Of a stretch of 64,000 nt of DNA, positions 1-10,900 are shown piece after piece. The first letter of the stretch is position 1. Each line of letters begins with the position of its first letter. The stretch is from Malacoraja senta (lineage: Eukaryota). The stretch lies in assembly GCA_038087875.1 (NCBI GenBank), contig CM075992.1, positions 7,070,001-7,134,000 of the forward strand, in the 5' to 3' direction. A program made the translations under genes and the position numbers. The notes below the pieces were generated by a model. It saw nothing but the letters and a program-made list of their open reading frames with translations. It made no database searches and was not told the DNA's origin.

Positions 1-212
1 ACGTTCTCCCCGTGACCTGTGTGGGTTTTCTCTGGGATCTCTGGTTTCCTCCCACACTCCAAAGTCGTACAGGTTTGTAGGTTAATTGGCTTTGGCATAC
101 TTGTTCATTGTCACTAGCGTGTGTAGGGTTATGTTAGTGTGCAGGGGTCGCTGGTCGGCGCGGACTGGGTTGGCAGAAGGGCCTGTTTCCGTGCTGTATC
201 TCTAAACTAAAC
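1..212 (+). mobile_element. HE1-type tRNA-derived V-SINE (3' part)
   Basis: V-domain TTCTCCCCGTGACC...TTTCCTCCCACACTCCAAAG, CR1-like tail GAAGGGCCTGTTTCC...(TAAAC)n. Confidence 0.85.
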
Positions 213-874
213 TATCAAATGAAGGGGGCAGATGGCATGGGCGCACAAATCAGCAGACTGAATCAGTCTGAAGATGGGTTTTGCATCACCTGTCCATGTT
301 ATCCAAAGATGCTAACTGACCCGCTGAGTTACTCCAGCACTCTGTCCTTTTATGTAGTAACTACCATCTGCAGGTCTTTGTTTCAACTACGTACAATGAT
401 AATACATTGCTCGGTTAAAACTGATAATCGGCAATAAGCATGGATACCATTCTCCCCTGTAAGGTCCATAATAACGAGGGTTTACTGTATAGAACACTTC
501 ACTGTTAACTATTAAATGAAGGGTGCAGATAGCATGGGCTCACAATTCAGCCTGCACGGCCCTCTAGAAATATCACAGTATCAGACACCATTCAGTTGGC
601 ATTTTGCACAATCAGATCAAAATCATGTGGAACCTTTACCTCTGGAGTATATGCCAGAATGTTAAAACAAAAGCCATTGTTAAATAAAAGTCCAATGTTC
701 AATTTTGGCTCAGTGCCAAGCATCTAGATTGGTAAAATTAAAAAATATCTGGGACTTTGACGGCTCCTTGACATCCTGAATGACCCCGACAACAGGGAGC
801 AGTATTTATCTGTCAAACCATCTCAACGTAAACCAGGCCAGTGATGCACAAATTATGATCCACAATGTGGCAAC

Positions 875-1083
875 GTGGGACAGGCAGCATCTCTGGAGAG
901 AAGGAATGGGTGACGATTCGGGTCGAGACCCTTCTTCAGGCTCCCCTGACATCAGTTTGAAGGAGGGTCTCGACCCGAAACGTCAGCTATTCCTTCTGTC
1001 CAAAGATGCTGCCTGTCCTGCTGAGTTGCTCCAGCATTTTGTGTCTACCTTCGATTTGAACCAGCATCTGCAGTTCTTTCCCT
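875..1083. mobile_element. Penelope-derived fold-back (inverted pLTR) element
   Basis: Inverted arms of the GGCAGCATCTCTGGAGAG...GACCCTTCTTCAG unit; degenerate hammerhead core in each arm. Confidence 0.75.
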
Positions 1084-1162
1084 GACTAGATGAGCAGTTT
1101 CCGATACTACTGTGCATAAGGCCTGGGACATTGTACATGATCTTCTTCTTTCATCTTGCAGT

Positions 1163-1447
1163 AGTTTAGTTCAGCTTAGAGATACAGTGCGGTAACGGGC
1201 CCTTGGGCCCACTGTATCCGCACCGACCCGCGAACCTCGTGTACTAACACTATCCTACACACCAGGGACAATTTTACCGAAGCCAATTAACCGACAAACC
1301 TATAGGTCTTTGGAATGTGGGAGGAAATCGGAGCAAATCCACAAGGCCACGGGGAGAACGTACAAACTCTGTACAGACAACACCCATAGTCAGGATCTAA
1401 CCCGGATCTCTGGCGCTGTAAGGCAGCAACTCTACACCTGCGCCACC
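1163..1447 (-). mobile_element. HE1-type V-SINE
   Basis: Reverse complement of the same consensus. Confidence 0.85.
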
Positions 1448-1758
1448 ATACAAATGATACTATTGACCATTGTAGATGTGCTGAATCTTTGAACGGATGA
1501 TTAATTTAGTGGCATTCTCCTGGCCTTTCCCTGCAGCTCTGCAAATTTCCCCGCATCTTTATCCAATTCCCCTTTGAATGCTGTTCTTCAATTTGCTCTC
1601 ACCATTCTTCCCAGCAGCATATTCGAGATTGTAATAAATGGATGCACAAAATATATTATTTTGTCTCCAGTTTCTTTCACTTGCTTGATATTTGTATCGT
1701 CACTCTGCTGAAAATGTATCACCAGGAGTTGAAGGGGCAGCATTAGAACTGTACTTAC

Positions 1759-1929
1759 CTGGGAGGTAGCTGAGGAGACGGATGGGGATGGAGAGGCAGG
1801 GGGAGATAGTGTGCTGCACGGGAGGTTTAGCGTGATGTAGTGCTCGTGGCTGCAGATGATGCGAATGAAGTCCAGTCGCAGAGCAATAAGGGCATGAGGG
1901 TTCTGTGCTGCCTGCAATTTATTGCTGAC
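1759..1929 (-). CDS. dock6: DOCK6 exon ~28 (VSNKLQ...[15 protein letters not shown]...SSATSQ)
   Basis: cgaag|...CAG|gtaagt, 171 nt. Confidence 0.95.
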
Positions 1930-4900
1930 CTTCGGATAAAAGAAAACAATGAGAGTATTAATACCAGCCTGGAACAGCATCAGTCAGAGATATCCACATG
2001 TTCAGGACGTTCCATCATCATTGCGGTGGAATCAAATGCCCAACAAAGGCCGCGGAATGTAAGTCAGACCTAGTCAGAAGTTCAGTGCTTAAGAAAGAAC
2101 TGCAGATGCTGGAAAAATCAAAGGTAGACAAAAAAGCTGGAGAAACTCAGCGGGTGAGGCAGCCTCACCCGCTGAGTTTCTCCAGCTTTTTTGTCTAGTC
2201 AGAAGATCATATCCTTTTGCTTTCCATAAAGACAACTCCTGACTTGCACTATTTGTAAAAAAAGTTGGAGCAGAATCAACTTCCTGCATATTGGATTTAC
2301 AGGTGCCCACCTTTATGGAGAATGACATGAAGGGAAATCATTCTACAATGAGTGGCATGTAGTTAACATTTGCAAAGGCTCTCAATTTCCTGTCTGATAA
2401 CGATCAATATTTAACAAGGGATATTAGCTTTGGAGATTCTGTGATGTTGTCTCTTTAATATCACCATGCAAACCAGGAATTTTCTCTTCTTCCTAATGCC
2501 TAATGTCAGGAATATTTATATCTACCCTGTCAGTTCAAAAAAAAAGGTCATTAAATACATCTCTCATTTTGAAAAGAGTACATGCCAAATCTAGATAATC
2601 TCTCTCCACACACCAAATCCGCTATCTCGGGAATCACCCCATAATTCTTACAGTCAATGCAGTTCTTCTAACATATATTCACCGTTAGGTAGGGAGATCT
2701 ATGGACTATATTTTACATGGGGCCTCGCCATTGCTCTAAATAATCGAAGCGTAATGTCTCTACTCTTGTATTTAAGTCCTCTAGCAATAAAAGGCAACCT
2801 ATAATTTTTAATTCCTTTTACCATGGTAACAGCTTGAAAGGAGACCTGGCAATGTCATGCTACATGAATTACGGCAGATTTAAAGAAGAGTAATGGCAGT
2901 AGAAAGAGAGTTGTAAAAGATGCTTATGGAGAGAAATCCAGAACTTGTCCTTGGCATCTGAAGACGTGGCTGTCTTTGATGGAATGACTACATTTGGGAA
3001 TGATCAAAGTCAGAATTGGAGAAATGCGGATAACAAGACTAGAGGCAATTAGTGATGGGAGGGACGCAGATTGGAACAATTTGCAAACATTATTAGAGAT
3101 TTAGGATGCACCTTTAGAAAGGAGATGAGGAGGAATTTATTTAGTCAAAGGGTGGTGAATCTATGGAATTAATTGTCACAGTGGCCTGTGGAGGCCAAGT
3201 CAAAGGATATTTTTAAGGTGGATATTGACAGGTTCTTGATTAGTAAGGGTTATGGGGAGAAGGCAGGAGAATGGGGTGGAGTGGGAAAGATAGACAAGCC
3301 ATGATTGAATGGCGGACTTGATGGGACTAACTCTTCTCCCAGAACTTATGAATTAAAAAAAAAAAATGTATTTGAACAGCGAACCAAAATAGGTCAACAA
3401 GCTCAGCGCGTTAGGCCAGCTAAGGGAGATCTCAAGTTTATGGAGAACAGAACAAAATAAACTGACTAAAACAGCTACAGATAACACTGAACGGGATGTC
3501 AGAATTAGAAGCATTTGAGACAAGATGTAAGCAGTTCATCTCGTTCTGACAAACGTTTGCCAACTTGCTAACTCAGGCTTTGCTAGGAGTCTCCACCTTG
3601 TTTCAGTTTCAGATTGCTTTTATTTGCCATTTTGCTTCAAGGCTTTAATCAAATCACATTCTCACTGCTTCACACATCTAAGCTTCAACTGTTTCATTCC
3701 TGCAGATGTACAAGACGCATTTATAACCTGCATCTTGAATCAAATTACAAAATCACAGAGAGATAACCTAATTGTTACAGGGGTATAATTTGGAACTGCT
3801 TTATTTTTTTCTGGGCTTCCACCACCTCAGGCCTCCAAAATACTCAATAAAATACCTGTTTGTAGTACATGCGAATGAGACCGAAAATATATCCTCGATC
3901 CATCAGGGAGAGTAAATCGTTGAGAAAGAATGCCAAGCTGGTATTCAGCCGCTCCACCAACTCAACGTCCTAAAAAAAGATGCACATACAAGTTACATCA
4001 CAAATATAGAATATATTAAGACGTAAAACTTAAAACATTCGCATTATCAAATAGTTTTCCAAAATAACAGGCTTAGTTTTAATTGATCACTGGGATTATG
4101 AATGGAGATGAGGAGGAATTCCTTTAGCAGAGGATGGTGTATCTGTGAAATTCTTTGGGATTGAGAATGAAAATAGATCAGCCAAGATCGAATAGCAGCG
4201 TAGAGTCGATGGGCCAAATGGTGAAATTCTGCTTCTGTCTTATGAGTGCAGGAGTGCCTGAACAATACTGTAAGCTGTGGGGTGGAAGATTGCAACCTTC
4301 ACCTGTTTCGACTAATACAATCAACTCGACGTGCACAAACGGAAGATCAAATAGAACAAGTAGTCCAACAACTTTAGGCTGTGCACGCCACACGAAAGAA
4401 GAAGAAGAAGAAGAAGAAGAAGAAGACTGTAAGCTGTAGAGTGACTGTTAGTGACTGCCATCTACACCTCATCTTGGAGTTATCTGCTGTTAATATTAAG
4501 TGAAGTAAAATATATGGGTAGGGTGAGTCCGAAGAAGAGTCCCAACCCAAACCAACATCTGTCCATTCCCTCCACAGATGCTGTCTGACTCTAGTGCTTT
4601 GTGTTTTGCTCAAGTAAACTATTAAAGAACTGCAATAATACCTTCTGGAACCTGCTGACAATGTCCGTTGTGATCATGTTGGCTAAAGCGGTTATATCAT
4701 CCACAAATCTCTCTGGGAATCTCAGTTTCCGAGGGGTTTCAAGCTTGTCTGAAAGATGGAGATGATGCCCCATACTTTTCACCTATTTCAAAAAACATGC
4801 ACACCAAAATCAACACATGATACGGTGGATCTCCAAAACCATTCCTGCACAAACTCAAAACGGAAGTATATAGTAATTCTACTAATTGGTGAGCAACCAT

Positions 4901-7900
4901 AAAGTATCATATCCATGGTGAGATCCGGGGATATGCGATGCTAATTCTTCACATGAAAGCTCACACATGCAAATCTGAAGAAGGGTCTCGACCCTATACA
5001 TCACCTATTCTTTTTTTCCCCAGAGATGCTGTCTGACCCATTGAGCGACTCCAGCTTTTTGTGTCTATCTTCGGTTTAAACCAGCATCTGCAGTTCCTTC
5101 CTACACAGGCTCATACACTCAATGGGAGGTGTGCGGGTTGTTGAGGTATAATAGTTACGTTCCAGTACATGAATGAATGAGAATATCTAATACAAATGGA
5201 GCAGGGTGCACAAATGTCAAATATACACCATCACCATCACAGCTTCACTGAAATCCTATCTCATCCATGTGAGCGAAGATAGACACAAAAAGCTGGAGTA
5301 ACTCAGGCAGCATCTCTGGAGGGTCGAGACACTTTTTTGGGTCGAGACACTTTTTTCTTATCCATGTGAGCATTCGGCTACTTATGTGCCGGTTGTTTCG
5401 TTATCCAAATTGTGATTTCCTGTTGGCAAGCTACTTAATCACAGCGGGCCAAATATGTCAGCAAATGTCAACACATATAGACACTCATCAGAGAGGGTCA
5501 CTCATCAGTGAGCATCAAGAAACCAGGGCTGATTTATTCCTTCTCTTGTTCAGGAAAGGCTTGAGTCAATTGAAGGACGCTTTGGAAAAGGCCACAAAAA
5601 TGTTGGTATTTTCAATCCAATTTCCCCCTCCCCCCAGCTCCCCACTCGCTGCTGCATTCTGTAGGCAGCCAGCTTGTACTATCAGCAAAGGTAAAGCACC
5701 GAGCAATGTGGCCCACTGGGAGAATCTCTCTGAAAAACGAGAAATGGATTAACTTGTCTCTCCTGTCACATTTCATACACCTAATGTCAGTACAATGGGG
5801 TCTTCAGAAGTGACAGTCCCGATGGAATGGGCTACAGTGACTGCTTTACAACAGACTGTATCAATCACTGACTCTCCCCATGTAGGTGTAGATGATGTAA
5901 CTCTTTCCTCGACTTCCTGCGCTTCTATAGTGGCTCAGCGGTGGAGTTGCTGCCTTACAGCGAGAAAGTCCCGGGTTCGATCCCGACTACAAAATATAAT
6001 CCTCCGACATTTTCGCCACCTCCAGCAAGATCCTACCACTGGCCACATCTTCTCATCACCTCCCCTTTCTGCTTTCCGTAGAGACCGTTCCCTCCGTAAC
6101 TCCCTGGTCAATTCGTCCCTTCCCACCCAGAACACCCAGCAACCGCAGGAAATACATAGATAGATACATAGAAATGCTACACCTGTCTCTTTACCTCCCC
6201 CCTCGACTCCATCCATGGACCCAAACAGTCTTTCCAGGTGAGGCAGAGGTTCACCTGCACCTCCTCTACTGCATCCGCTGTCGTAGGTGTCACCTTCTCT
6301 ACATTGGCAAGACCAACTATAGGCACGGCGACCGCTTCGCCCAACACCTCCGCTCAGTCCATACTAACCAACCTGATTTCCCGGTTGCCTAGCACTTCAA
6401 CTCCCCCTCCCATTCTGAATCTGACCTTTCTGTCCTGGGCCTCCTCCATTGCCAGAGTGAGGCCCAGCGTAAATTGGAGGAACAACTCCTCATATTTCAC
6501 TCGGGTAGTTTACACCCCAGCGGTATGAACATTGACTTCTCTAATTTCAGGTAGTCCTTGCTATCTCCCTCCTTCCCCTCCCCCTTCCCAGCTCTCCCAC
6601 ATAGCCTACTGTCTCCGCCTCCTCCTTTCTTTCCCCCCCGACATCAGTCTGAAGAAGGGTCTCGACTCGAAACATCATCTACTCCTTTTCTCCAGAGATG
6701 CTGCCTCACCTGCTGAGTTTCTCCAGTATTTTTTGTCTACTGACTACAGCATGCAGTTTGTATGTTCTCCCTGTGACCGCGTGGATTTCCTCCGGGTGCT
6801 CCAGTTTCCCCCCCACACACCAAAGATGTTCGTGTTTATAGGTTAATTGGCTTTGGTAAAAGTTGTCAATTGTCCCTAGTGTGCAGGATAGTGCTACTGT
6901 TTGGGGGAATCGCTGGTCGGCGTGGACCTGGTGGGCCAAAGGGCCTCTTTCCATGCTGTATCTCTAAAGTCTGTCTAAAATGCAACAGGGTGTTGAGTAA
7001 GCTGCAGTCCATGTGAATTGGGGAATGGTGGAAATCTGTGGCAGTCGCTGTGTAATAGGTGCTATCATGACCCCAGTAACATGGTGGGTGGGAAGGAACT
7101 GCAGACGCTGGTTTATACTGATGATGGACACAAAATGCTGGCGTAACTCAGCGGGTCAGGCAGCTTCTCTAAGTGCTTGCATAACGGACTGTTCTGTCAG
7201 TTAGTCACGATGAAGAATAATATGTAACCAGGCAAATGTGAGAACTTAGAAATAAAAAGCAAAAATACAAGAGGTACAGCATACCTGTCATCATTGAGAT
7301 CAAAAAGAAAGATTGGTTATTCAAGGTACACGGCCTCACTCAAAGTTGTAGCATCGATATCTTACTTCTTGTCAGATGTTGAATGATTTGCTGCACAGAT
7401 TTTGTTTTTAGAACGAGTAGGATGTTGCTAAATGGCAATAACTCAATCCAAAAGACCATACATCTCTTACAAAACAGGTTGTTTTCTGAATTCGATGCAT
7501 TTCAATGTCCTTGAATAGACTCAGAGACGTCAGAGTGAGTCACACTTCAGATTGATTGAGAGAATAAGTATAGCAGAACTCCGAATCATCAACTCCACTT
7601 ACCATTAGCTGAAATAAAAACCATGCCTGCTGCAAGGCTGCCTCCCGCACACTGCTGTTGCTGACGACCCACTGCAAGGCCAACTCCTCATGGAGAAGCT
7701 GCGTAGCACAGACACAGAGATCACACAAAGGCAGAGGACAGTGGAACACATTGAAAACATCGAAGAGACACAAAAAGCTGGAGTAACTCAGCCAGCGGGA
7801 CAGGCAGCATCTCTGGACGGAAGGATTGGGCGACGTTTTTGGGTCGAGACCTTTCTTCAGACCGAAACGTCACCCATTCCTTCTCTCCAGAGATGATGTC

Positions 7901-10900
7901 TGTCCCGCTGAGTTACTCCAGCTTTTTGTGTCTATCCTCAGTTTAAACCAGCATCTGCAATTCCTTCCTACACATTGAAAATATCTATGTTTACTTTTTA
8001 AAAGATGTTAAGTCAAAGGTTACACTTTGGTACTAATCCAAAACAGATAAATGATTTCTAGGATGTCTCAGCTACAATATTAAAATAAAAACTGCTATTA
8101 TTCTTCACAGGCTGAATAAACTTTTAGAAAATTACACATTCTGGGTGTAATTGGGACAATTTATATTGCACAAGAATCTCCCCCAAAATACATAATCTGG
8201 CATGCAATTCCTGACATTATCAATACATCATCTATTTTTTCTTTCAATCTCGGGGGATTTAGAAAGCACAGTTTGCTTTTAGTGAAGTAGTTGGAGGGCC
8301 TGTCTTTGAGGCTGATCAGAAATCCGAGTAAGTGCTTTTGGAAAATGCCTTATGGTGTTATTTCTTCAAAAGGATGCATTACTGGGTCACAGTAGTTGGA
8401 GGTATAAACATGTAGGCCTGGTAGAGTGCCAGCAAGCACCGATACAGTGGATACAGGGCATTTGGGCTCACACTACTGAAGTAGGAGCAGAGCTCACATG
8501 GATACAGAATGCGACTGCTTAATAATAAAATGTAAACATGCTTGATTACTTTAATAAGCATGCACAAATCCAAACGTATGGTCAAACTAGGACTATACTG
8601 TGGTGAAGTGTGATACTCACATTCAGGAGACCAGATAATGTTGTACAAGAAGTGTGACTTCCATGTTAGTTGTATGGGCTGGAGTTTGCATCCCGACAAC
8701 TCCTAACTCTGATCCCCAGAGTGGGTCAGTGCCAGTTTTGCATTGATATTGTACAGTGGCTTTGCTGCATATTTGTAACTAACCAAGTGCAACTTTTGAT
8801 GGGATTTGTGTAATACCCTCTAAGTCCCCAAAAAACAAAGCTCAGTGTAGGATCATGGTCAGTAGAAAATCTGGAAAATTGAGACGAAAGTGGTCAGGTG
8901 TCCTCATCCACTAAAGTGGTTAAGAATCCTTCTCCACTAAAGGCTCTCTGTCCATCAAGTGAGTTTAAACCGAAGATAGACACAAAATGCTGGAGTAACT
9001 CAGCGGGACAGAAAACATCCCTGGATAGAAGGAATGGGGGACGTTTACGATCGAGACCCTTCTTCAGACCATCCTGAGATGCTGCCTGTCCTGCTGAGTT
9101 ACTCCAGCACTTTGTGTCTATCTTTGGTTTAAAACAGCATCTACAGTTCCTTGCTACACAAGTGAGTATAAACTTTGCCTTTTGTAAAATGGATGTACCT
9201 CATCAATTGTGCTGTGAAATCACAGTCAAACTCAGTGTTATGCATCATAAAGATTAAAAAACACCTGGACAATCACTTTATTAAATCTGCAGATGAAACC
9301 AAAGGCTAAATATTTAAAATGCATTTCACTTGTAAGCATCACCATCCTTTGCCTCACCATGTACAGATAGTTTTATTTTCCCGATTTATTGCAAACCATT
9401 TATTTTACTTCTACCTTTTTTGTTGAAAATCTTGGCTGACTGTGCTGTGAATGAGTGAAGCCGTCCAAAAATGAGGACATGCGGTTGGGACTCCGCTCAG
9501 TTGCCTGTGAAATGAGGGACAGGAGCAAGATGGTGTAGAACAGATATTAGTGGATGGGGAAAAAAATGAGATGGTGAGTATAAGATAAACAGTCAGAATG
9601 AAACAAGGAGGAGGGATGAAGGTAACCAAGGCACATTATATTGGGCGTTTGGCTGGTTTAAGGCCAATAGTAAACATTTAGAACTGATGAGCCAAGTTCA
9701 TGAGGAACATGTACAGATTCTCCAACAGAGTGCTCCCACACTGTGTATGGAGTAAACATTACATAGGAGTAACAGCAAAGAAACAGACCATTTGGCTTCA
9801 CTACCCAATCCCATGATTATCCACAAGAGCTTCCTCTCAACCTTTTCTTCCAAATCTGCCCGACCTAGTGGGCAAGCCTTCCTGCTCTGCAATTTGCAAC
9901 TTCTACATTCTTTTGTTTCTAACGGCTCCCATTCACCCAATGAACAGGTAACCTTGTTTACAGCTGATGCCCCTGGTCATAGAACATCCAGTCTCCCTCA
10001 CTATACCTGCAGCTTAACAAGCTTCTTTCTCTTTCCCAGGTCTGGCACGGGATGTTGGATCTGAAGCGCTGACTCTATTTCTCTTCCCACACATGCAGAC
10101 TGAGCTGCTGAGTATTTCTAGCATTTTCTTTTTTCATTTTAATTTTCATATGCAGTTTCTTTGATTTTCATCTTCTAAATCTTTCTCACTTGTACTGGGC
10201 ATCCTCTTAATCGTCTCAACTATTCTACATTGTAACAAACTGAAGATTCTCAACAACTCCCTGCATAAGGAATGTTTCTCTAATTCCATATTTGATTTAT
10301 ATGGTAATTCAAATTTCAACGTACCTTAATTGGGACATGTGACAATAAACTGACCTTCAAACCTTGATTTGAGCTTTCATGTTGGATTCTCCCATTGGCA
10401 AAAAATATCCTCCAAGTCTATTTTGTTAAATAAATCTTTCAATTTTAAAAATATCATTCGAACTAACCGTTATTTTTCTAAAGGAAAGAGCTTCACTTAA
10501 TCTCTCTTTCTAGACATGCATAATCTTTCTAATCGTTTAATTAGTATTTAAATTTTGCCCTTCATGTTAATTTTTGTGAATGGAGACCAGACCAATTCTT
10601 CATATGATCTAACCATGGTTCAACTATTACAGAATAAATAAATACCAAAACTTTGTCTGCAGTTTTGTGACATTATCAACCTGAGTTTGTAGGGATTGAA
10701 ACGGCCATCATGGGATACAATTAATCTCTGGAGAAACTTAGCAGGCCGAGCAGCATCTGTGGAGGGAAAGAATGGTTGATGCTTCGGGTCGAAACCTTGC
10801 ATCTGGACTGAGAGTGGAGAGGGACGAGTGGTAGTGCAAAGAGAAGGGGGCAACATGATAATTGGTGGACTAAAGAGGAGTGAAGGACCTTGGGCATATG

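Noticed and set aside
780..1085. Recurrent short ORFs containing [15 protein letters not shown] or its reverse-frame equivalents
   Set aside because: They are translations of the non-coding Penelope pLTR repeat, not a gene family.
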